Source: a candidate division WOR-3 bacterium
GTDB lineage: Bacteria; Hydrothermota; Hydrothermia; LBFQ01
Direction of reading: 5' to 3'
Assembly (NCBI GenBank): GCA_039802605.1
Contig: JBDRWW010000010.1
Location: 1 to 45,571, forward strand
Length of the DNA stretch: 45,571 bases
Shown piece by piece: positions 39,089 to 45,571 of the stretch (its first letter is position 1; the number at the start of each line of letters is the position of its first letter). A program made the position numbers and the translations under genes. The notes beneath the pieces are model-generated. The model searched no databases. It had not been told where the DNA came from and saw only the letters and a program-made list of their open reading frames with translations.

Positions 39089-39388
39089 TTACACCTCCAA
39101 GACCTCCTCTTCTGCCAAGAAACCAATCAAATCCGTCCTTATGAGTTTTAAAATATCCTCTGCGGTGAATAAACTAAAAGGATCTTTGGTACTTATCCAT
39201 GCCGGATAAAACTTCACATATTTCTTTTCCTTCACCCTTTCAAATATCAGGTAATCTATACTCCTCTCCTCTTCGTAGATAACCTTTGCGGAATTTTGGT
39301 ATAAAGCCAGAATTTTTGTGCGATAATAAACACATTTTTTACCAAATATTGGCGAAATTATGGGTTCTTCAAGGGGCAAAATTTTCAT
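39089..39388 (-). CDS. Hypothetical protein
   Basis: ATGA-coupled to the upstream methyltransferase; SPIFGKKCVYY weakly resembles GIDE-type domains. Confidence 0.5.
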   Translation of the reverse strand: MKILPLEEPIISPIFGKKCVYYRTKILALYQNSAKVIYEEERSIDYLIFERVKEKKYVKFYPAWISTKDPFSLFTAEDILKLIRTDLIGFLAEEEVLEV

Positions 39389-39981
39389 ACCCTCTCCAAC
39401 CTTACTATATAACTCCTTTCTATGGCATTAATCTTTTTTATCCAAACCTTAAAACCCATACCCTTCGCAATATTCTCATATTCCTCGGGCTCTATTATAT
39501 TAACATCCATACCCGTAAAAAACCTGTGAAAGGGTCTGTGTAGTCTTGTAAATAGGGATTTTCCCGTAAGGCTTATAAGGGCTGTTTTGGAAACTTTGCC
39601 TATTTTTTCTAGCGCTTGTTTGTGCTCAAACAATACAAAAACATGCATACTTATGGCCAAATCGTATTTATCATTAACATCAAAAAAATCCAAGCATTTA
39701 AACTCAACATTTCTTAGTCCCAGCCTCTTTGCCCTTAAAACCCCTTTATACGATGTATCTATTGCTACGATTTTGCTATTGGGGAATGCAAAAGAAAGCC
39801 TTTTCGTTAAAAAAGCATCGGAAAAACCAATTTCCAAAATATTTTCCGGGTTAATTTTTGAAACCTCCCTTATAAAGGCCTCCGCTATCTCCCTCCTAAA
39901 CCAATATAGGGGAGGCACTAAAAACATAAGTGCCCTTATCTCGGGAGCCCCATAATACAATTGGCTTAGGATTTTTTTCAA
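39385..39981 (-). CDS. Class I SAM-dependent methyltransferase
   Basis: ILEIGFSDA (degenerate motif I), IVAIDTS, YDLAIS. Confidence 0.75.
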   Translation of the reverse strand: MKKILSQLYYGAPEIRALMFLVPPLYWFRREIAEAFIREVSKINPENILEIGFSDAFLTKRLSFAFPNSKIVAIDTSYKGVLRAKRLGLRNVEFKCLDFFDVNDKYDLAISMHVFVLFEHKQALEKIGKVSKTALISLTGKSLFTRLHRPFHRFFTGMDVNIIEPEEYENIAKGMGFKVWIKKINAIERSYIVRLERV

Positions 39982-40445
39982 AACGAAAGGGTTTTGGAAA
40001 GGTTTATGGGATATGTAAATGCCTTTTTGCCTAATACGGGTATCTCGTAATCCACATAAGCCTTCCCCTCAAAGGATATATTACCCGTTCTCCTGTTTAT
40101 GGCGTTCTTAACGGCGTTTATAGAGGCACCGAGGGAGGAGTATTCAACCCTAACATCTATTGGTATGTCCTCGTTTCCCCCCGCTTTTACAACCCTTTTG
40201 TAAGAGTTTGATACTTGTGCTATGGTATAACCGTCCAACTTTACAAGCCCCACGAGCCTGTCAAGAATGGCATCAATACCGTTTGGGTTGTGGGCGTTAA
40301 GGGTTATTACTAGGTTAAAACCGCTCAAATCCACACTTTTTAAAGAGGCGGATTTCAGGGAGAACTTACAGCTGGTAATGTTAATCCTACTTTGAATTAG
40401 CGAGCAGGAAATTAAAAGGGGAAACAATACGAGTATATACCTCAT
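39978..40445 (-). CDS. LEA_2/WHy domain lipoprotein
   Basis: MRYILVLFPLLISC lipobox; HNPN motif; start coupled to the glmS stop. Confidence 0.75.
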   Translation of the reverse strand: MRYILVLFPLLISCSLIQSRINITSCKFSLKSASLKSVDLSGFNLVITLNAHNPNGIDAILDRLVGLVKLDGYTIAQVSNSYKRVVKAGGNEDIPIDVRVEYSSLGASINAVKNAINRRTGNISFEGKAYVDYEIPVLGKKAFTYPINLSKTLSF

Positions 40446-42274
40446 TTTACCGTAACGGATTTTGCAAGGTTTCTCGGCTTGTCGGGGTCGCACCCCCTCA
40501 AAACCGCCGCGTGATACGCCAGAAGTTGTAGGGGTACTATTGATAGCATAGGTGTTAAAAATTCTTTAACCGAGGGTATATATACAACGAAGTCCGACAG
40601 CTCCTTCATTAAATCATCCCCTTCGGTAATAACGCTTATAACCCTCCCCTTCCTGGCCTTTACCTCATGGGTTGAACTCATGGTCAGTTCATAAACGGAC
40701 GTTTTGGGGTTTATTATGATTACATAAAGGTTTTCATCAACCAAGGCTAAGGGCCCGTGTTTCATCTCCCCGGCCGCATAGCCAATGGCGTGTATATAAC
40801 TAACCTCTTTGAGTTTTAAGGCGCCTTCAAGGGCCGTTGGAAAGTTCAATCCCCTACCGAGAAACATTATGTTTTCCGAAGTATATATCTTTTCGGCTAA
40901 ATGCTCTATATGCGCGTCCATTGCCAAAACCTTCTCTATCTTTTCGGGTAATTCTTCCATTTCCCTAACCATATCAACAACCTCTTCCTCGGATAGGTAT
41001 CCCTTTATATGCCCCAATTCCATCGCCAAGATGGTTAATATCTGAACCTGACCCAAATATGCCTTTGTTGAAGCGACACCTATTTCTAAGCCGGCATTTA
41101 TGGGAATTACATAATCGCTTTCCCTCGCTATGGTACTTTCGGGTCTATTCACAATACCGAGGACTTCAAGGCCGTAGTTTTTTGCGTGCCTTAAACCCTC
41201 TATGGTATCCGCCGTTTCACCCGACTGGCTTATAGCTATTACCAAGGTTTTTGAATCCGCGGCCAACCTCCTTAAAGAGAATTCAGAAGAGTATTCAACT
41301 TCAACGGGTATTCCCGCAAAGGTTTCAATCAAATATTTACCCACAAGGCCGGCGTGATAAGATGTCCCGGCTGCTTCAATTATTATCCTGTTCTTGTTTA
41401 ATAGGATTTTTCGTAGGTTTAAGTCTTTTAAAAGTACAGGCTTGCCGTCTTTAATATAGGCTTCAAGATTTTTTACAACAACCTTTGGTTGCTCGTATAT
41501 TTCCTTTAACATAAAATGCGGATAAGGTCCCTTTTCGGATTCGTCGTCGCTATGGTTCAATATTACAAACCCCTTAACCACACTTTCCCCGTTAAAGTTG
41601 TAGAACTCCGTTGTATTTTTTCTAACAAAGGCTATTTCACCGTTATCCATAAAAATCGCCTTTTTGGTATGCTGTAAAAACGCCACATGGTCGGATGCTA
41701 TAAAGTTTTCCCCATAACCCAAGCCGACTATAAGGGGACTATCCTTCCTTATGCCGATTATCAAGTCGTTGTCTCCACTAAACAATATGGCCAATGCAAA
41801 AGAACCTTCAAGCCGCTTTACGGTTTTTAAAACGGCTTTTAAAAGGTCTTTCGTTTCTTCATAATTGTAATCTAAGAGATTGGCCACAACCTCCGTATCC
41901 GTTTCGGATAAAAATTTATAACCCCTTTCCTCCAAAAACTTCTTTAAGTACGAGTAGTTATCAATTATTCCGTTATGCACAACCGCGAACCTCTTCTTAA
42001 AGGATACATGTGGATGGGCGTTTATATCATTAACACCCCCATGTGTGGCCCAACGGGTATGGGCTATACCTATGTTCGACTTGGGTAAGGGCTTTTCGTT
42101 TAGGAACCTTTCAAGGTCATGAATTTTCCCCGCCATTTTCCTTATATAGAATTCACCATCCTTTAAAACGGCTATACCCGCCGAATCGTAACCCCTATAC
42201 TCCAATTTGTGTAATCCAACCGTTAAAACCGATTCCGCATCTTTATAACCCACATAACCCACAATTCCACACAT
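40442..42274 (-). CDS. glmS: Glutamine-fructose-6-phosphate aminotransferase
   Basis: MCGIVG, LEYRGYDSAG, HTRWATHG, SQSGET, PRNLAKSVT. Confidence 0.98.
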   Translation of the reverse strand: MCGIVGYVGYKDAESVLTVGLHKLEYRGYDSAGIAVLKDGEFYIRKMAGKIHDLERFLNEKPLPKSNIGIAHTRWATHGGVNDINAHPHVSFKKRFAVVHNGIIDNYSYLKKFLEERGYKFLSETDTEVVANLLDYNYEETKDLLKAVLKTVKRLEGSFALAILFSGDNDLIIGIRKDSPLIVGLGYGENFIASDHVAFLQHTKKAIFMDNGEIAFVRKNTTEFYNFNGESVVKGFVILNHSDDESEKGPYPHFMLKEIYEQPKVVVKNLEAYIKDGKPVLLKDLNLRKILLNKNRIIIEAAGTSYHAGLVGKYLIETFAGIPVEVEYSSEFSLRRLAADSKTLVIAISQSGETADTIEGLRHAKNYGLEVLGIVNRPESTIARESDYVIPINAGLEIGVASTKAYLGQVQILTILAMELGHIKGYLSEEEVVDMVREMEELPEKIEKVLAMDAHIEHLAEKIYTSENIMFLGRGLNFPTALEGALKLKEVSYIHAIGYAAGEMKHGPLALVDENLYVIIINPKTSVYELTMSSTHEVKARKGRVISVITEGDDLMKELSDFVVYIPSVKEFLTPMLSIVPLQLLAYHAAVLRGCDPDKPRNLAKSVTVK

Positions 42275-42377
42275 TGTATATGTATTCTAAGGTTGAAAAA
42301 CTTTTTACACTAAACGGCATCCAATAAGGGATAAATACTCCGCGTGTCTTTTAATAAGCATTGGTATAATACCCGGT

Positions 42378-42842
42378 ATGAAGGGGCAGGTGGCGGTAAT
42401 AGGGGCATCGGAATGTTCAAAGGAAGAATGGGATGTTGCATATGAGGTTGGTAGATTAATAGCAAAGAGCGGTTGGGTTCTTGTATGTGGTGGAAGGGGT
42501 GGTGTTATGGAGGCGGCTTGCAAGGGGGCCTACGAGGAAGGTGGGATAACGGTGGGTATCTTGACCACAACCACGGGAGAGGACGCAAATCCTTATGTTA
42601 AAATAAAGATAAATACGGGGATGGGGCACAACAGGAATCCCATAGTTGTGCTTTCCGGGGATTTTGTGGTTGCAATAGGCGGAAGATGGGGGACATTGAG
42701 CGAGCTGGCTTATTCAAAGATATACGGAAAACCGGTAATAGGGTATAAAACCCTGCAAATTGAAGGCATAGAGAATTACGAGGATTTTGATGGATTTTTT
42801 AAAAGGTTGGAAGTTATCCTCTTAGATTTTAAGAATGTGTAG
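42378..42842 (+). CDS. TIGR00725 / LOG-like Rossmann-fold protein
   Basis: CGGRGGVMEAACKGA, RN, GGRWGTLSE. Confidence 0.88.
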   Translation: MKGQVAVIGASECSKEEWDVAYEVGRLIAKSGWVLVCGGRGGVMEAACKGAYEEGGITVGILTTTTGEDANPYVKIKINTGMGHNRNPIVVLSGDFVVAIGGRWGTLSELAYSKIYGKPVIGYKTLQIEGIENYEDFDGFFKRLEVILLDFKNV

Positions 42843-43523
42843 GATTTCACCGCTGCTATTTTTCAGGATAAACTCATCGTCTTTTATTAAAAGGTATGTG
42901 AAGTTTTCCATCCAATCCCCCACGCATATAAAAGCCTTGCCACTAACGGTTTTAATAAAAGGAATGTGCAAATGCCCGCTTATAATTATGTCCGCATCCT
43001 CCTTTGCCAAAACGCCTTCTATTATTTTGAGGTTTGGTTCCTCATTTCTCTTCCTACTTTCATATGATAAAAAACCGCTTAGGGCCAATGCAACCTCCAC
43101 GGGAATCAGTTTAAAGAGAAATACCGCCAAGGGGTTATGAAAGATTTTGCGCATTAACCTTGAACTCCTGTTTCCCAACAAATAATCCCCATGCGTGAAA
43201 AAAACCCTTTTCCGGCCAATTTCCTTATAAAAACCGTATCTATAAACATTTACACCCAGGCCTTTCCAAAAATCCCCAATCCAAGCATCATGATTTCCGG
43301 AAACATAATGTATCACCTTTTTACGGGAGAGATTAACAACCTCCGATGTGAATCTTATGGAATATGAAGGAATAAAACCCCTATACTCAAACCAAAAATC
43401 GTATATATCCCCCAACAGTATCAGCTCATCGAAGTCTTCATCGCGCAAAAGGTTCAGTAATTTTTCTTCCCTTTCGTAAGTGTTTAGGTATAAATGCGAA
43501 TCCGAAATGCATAAAACCTTCAT
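42822..43523 (-). CDS. lpxH: UDP-2,3-diacylglucosamine diphosphatase-like metallophosphoesterase
   Basis: SDSHL, GDIYDFWFEY, GNHD, HGD, GHLH, GDW. Confidence 0.8.
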   Translation of the reverse strand: MKVLCISDSHLYLNTYEREEKLLNLLRDEDFDELILLGDIYDFWFEYRGFIPSYSIRFTSEVVNLSRKKVIHYVSGNHDAWIGDFWKGLGVNVYRYGFYKEIGRKRVFFTHGDYLLGNRSSRLMRKIFHNPLAVFLFKLIPVEVALALSGFLSYESRKRNEEPNLKIIEGVLAKEDADIIISGHLHIPFIKTVSGKAFICVGDWMENFTYLLIKDDEFILKNSSGEILHILKI

Positions 43524-43885
43524 CTATAAACCTTTTTAATCGTATAGGCACCCGAAAGCAAACCTATGAAAAGTATAAAGGGTAAAAGGAAAAAGTTTCC
43601 GTTTAACCTATAAACCCATAACCCACCCGCCACATATACCGAAGCATACATAAAGGCGTTTAAAATGCCCATGTAAAGGTCAAAATTTATCCTTTTGGAT
43701 AAAGGTTCCCTTATCGTTTTGGCGAAGTATTTATTTACCCTCTCCAAAACCCAATCTCCAAAAGCGACACCTATTAAAGGTATTGCGACATACCAAGAAC
43801 AAACTTCGCCGAATTTCAAGTTTGATGCAACCCAAATAACCAAAATACCCACCAAACTATATAAAAACGCAAATACTAAAAGCAT
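43520..43885 (-). CDS. Hypothetical membrane protein
   Basis: Four hydrophobic segments; coupled to lpxH. Confidence 0.6.
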   Translation of the reverse strand: MLLVFAFLYSLVGILVIWVASNLKFGEVCSWYVAIPLIGVAFGDWVLERVNKYFAKTIREPLSKRINFDLYMGILNAFMYASVYVAGGLWVYRLNGNFFLLPFILFIGLLSGAYTIKKVYR

Positions 43886-43893
43886 TCGGCCCT

Positions 43894-44259
43894 TTAATCC
43901 ATCCAGATTAAGATTATTCCACAGGATGGGCAGGTTTGTAGGTTATCCAATTCCTTTCCCGTCATAGATGCGGGAAGCTGTACAAAGCAGTTGGTACATA
44001 TTCCGTCTATAACCCTTGCTATACCCCTTTTGTATCTTTTACGAAGTCTTTCGTATGTTTGAAACCATCTAGGATTGGATTTCCTGAGTTTCTCGGCTAA
44101 CTCGTTTCTCCTATGTTTGAGCATTTCAACCTTTTCCTCGGATACCTGAAAGCCAAAAGTTTCAAGGTAATGGGGATCCGTAACTTGGTCTATTAAAAGG
44201 TCTAAGTCTTGCAACAGGTAAAGGTCTTCCAAAAATTCCCTTATTGACACCCTACTCAT
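43894..44259 (-). CDS. C4 zinc-ribbon protein, short DUF164-like
   Basis: LQDLD, YERLR, CTNC...CPSCG. Confidence 0.75.
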   Translation of the reverse strand: MSRVSIREFLEDLYLLQDLDLLIDQVTDPHYLETFGFQVSEEKVEMLKHRRNELAEKLRKSNPRWFQTYERLRKRYKRGIARVIDGICTNCFVQLPASMTGKELDNLQTCPSCGIILIWMD

Positions 44260-44707
44260 TGTAGAAATTTAAAAGATAGTCTATAACCTCTTTGGGTGAT
44301 GAGAAATCCGTTTTGATGTTCTCTTCATTTGCAAGCCCCCGTGCTATCTTTGCTATATTCCCCAATGCGGTTAGGTATTGCATTGATGGGTCCATAGGTG
44401 TTGCCACCAGCATAAATATTATATGAACGGGTTTCCCATCTAAGGAATCAAAATCCACACCTTCTTTGGAAATTCCCACTATAAGCGTTATATTATCAAC
44501 CGCAACGCTGCGGCAGTGGGGGATTGCTATACCTTTTCCTATACCCGTTGAACCGAGCTTTTCCCTCTGCATTAGGGATGATATGAGCAAATCCTCTTTA
44601 TCCTTTGGAAGGTTTAAAACGGAAACCATTTCCCTTAATACCCCTTCCTTATCCTTTGCCTTTAAATTCAATAGAATCCTATCTTCACGGAGCAATTTCT
44701 CTATCAT
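44252..44707 (-). CDS. PTS IIA (Ntr/Fru-type) protein
   Basis: REKLGSTGIGKGIAIPH, DFDSLDGKPV. Confidence 0.92.
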   Translation of the reverse strand: MIEKLLREDRILLNLKAKDKEGVLREMVSVLNLPKDKEDLLISSLMQREKLGSTGIGKGIAIPHCRSVAVDNITLIVGISKEGVDFDSLDGKPVHIIFMLVATPMDPSMQYLTALGNIAKIARGLANEENIKTDFSSPKEVIDYLLNFYNE

Positions 44708-44708
44708 C

Positions 44709-45410
44709 TCATACCTCCTTTTTTTCGAACCTTTTAATCAAAGGGTCTTCAATTCCAGCCCTTTCAAACGCCTCCCTCCTCTGAATACATGCGGGGCATT
44801 CCCCACAAGGCACCCCATCGTTTGGGGAATAACAAGACCAAGTATATTCAAAGGGTACCCCAAAATCTGCGCCCAATTTTATTATCTCCACCTTCGTAAG
44901 GTTTATCAAAGGCGTCCAAACCTTTATCCTTATTGATCTTTCAAAGGGTAGGGAAGAGCCGGCGTTTATAAGTGTTTCCAGTGCGGATGCCCATTCCGGC
45001 CTAGTATCCGGATAATTTGGCACATCCGAGGAATGTACCCCAAAAACCAAATTGGTTATTCCCCTTGTTTCCATAAATGCCGCCGCAATAATACCCAATA
45101 TGGAGTTTCTCATTGGCACATAAGTTGATATAATTCCCCTTTCTGGGTAAGGACCCTTTGGTATCTCCAAATTGCTATCGGTTAAACTGGATTTCCCTAT
45201 TTTTTTAAAAATATCGGTTTCAAGTATTATGTGCTCCTTTACACCCGCAAATTTTGCCAACTCCCTTGCATATTTCACCTCTATTTGATGCCTTTGGCCG
45301 TAATGAAATGTTAATGCATAAACCTCTTTAAACAACTTTTTACTCCACCAGAGGGATACGGCGGAATCAATTCCTCCCGAAAGTAGTACTAAACACTTAT
45401 CGTTGTCCAT
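44709..45410 (-). CDS. queC: 7-cyano-7-deazaguanine synthase
   Basis: LSGGIDS, YGQRH, TYVPMRN, YPD, TWSCY...CGECPAC. Confidence 0.96.
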   Translation of the reverse strand: MDNDKCLVLLSGGIDSAVSLWWSKKLFKEVYALTFHYGQRHQIEVKYARELAKFAGVKEHIILETDIFKKIGKSSLTDSNLEIPKGPYPERGIISTYVPMRNSILGIIAAAFMETRGITNLVFGVHSSDVPNYPDTRPEWASALETLINAGSSLPFERSIRIKVWTPLINLTKVEIIKLGADFGVPFEYTWSCYSPNDGVPCGECPACIQRREAFERAGIEDPLIKRFEKKEV

Positions 45411-45507
45411 ATTGGCAACTGGGTATTATAAAGGGGAAATTGTCGTAGAGAAGAATGGTTTAGGTTGGGTAGGTGGTAGGGGTAGGGGGTAAAAGTATAA
45501 TACTCTG

Positions 45508-45571
45508 AAAGGAGGTGTTCCAGCCGCACGTTCCCGTACGGCTACCTTGTTACGACTTCGCCCCAGTCACC
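45508..45571 (-). rRNA. rrs: 16S rRNA, 3' end (partial)
   Basis: Reverse complement contains AAGTCGTAACAAGGTAGCCGTA...GCGGCTGGAACACCTCCTTT, including the anti-SD. Confidence 0.97.

Noticed and set aside
42275..42377. glmS ribozyme
   Set aside because: The -10 box lies 9 nt from the ATG, leaving no leader, and no ribozyme core is visible
44709..45410. queC as part of a 7-deazaguanine DNA-modification or QueC-type defence system
   Set aside because: Canonical length and motifs in a housekeeping context, with no dpdA, TatD or ATPase neighbours
45467..45502. G-quadruplex or antisense promoter (TATAAT on +) beside the 16S end
   Set aside because: The G-runs are uneven and there is no supporting -35; this cannot be told from chance
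45411..45507. preQ1 riboswitch upstream of queC
   Set aside because: No preQ1 consensus, and TATAAT lies only 14 nt from the start
1..45571. Many antisense or nested ORFs (e.g. 24912-25478+, 12658-13173-, 44466-44936+, 2594-3034-)
   Set aside because: Shadow frames of well-supported genes with no recognisable motifs
1..45571. CRISPR array, transposase, integrase or prophage
   Set aside because: No regularly spaced repeats or mobile-element genes were seen by eye

Overview
Bacterial chromosomal window with densely packed, functionally mixed genes. Several proteins end in T9SS-like C-terminal sorting tails and the 16S 3' end reads GGAACACCTCCTTT, which points to an FCB-group lineage, possibly a WOR-3-like thermophile (inference). 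Housekeeping genes include def, birA, a Cys/Met PLP enzyme, biotin carboxylase, a nuoE-like gene, guaA, maeB, glmS, lpxH, PTS IIA and queC. RNA genes are a stand-alone 5S rRNA, tRNA-Gly(CCC) and the 3' end of a 16S gene that is not followed by 23S. There are two defence loci. The first (2.3-4.5 kb) pairs an amino-methyltransferase with a predicted EVE/DCD-like reader fused to a NucS-like nuclease. The second (17.5-25.3 kb) is an AT-rich type III RM cassette between a 76-bp direct repeat, next to a type II RM system with a broken endonuclease and a collapsed second copy of that system. Window-wide patterns: nearly every transcription unit starts 6-10 nt after a TANAAT box, usually preceded by a C-rich CMMCYW motif (leaderless-type expression); T9SS-tailed proteins have only very short hydrophobic N-termini; several genes have decayed by internal deletion. 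All family assignments come from motif recognition, not database searches.
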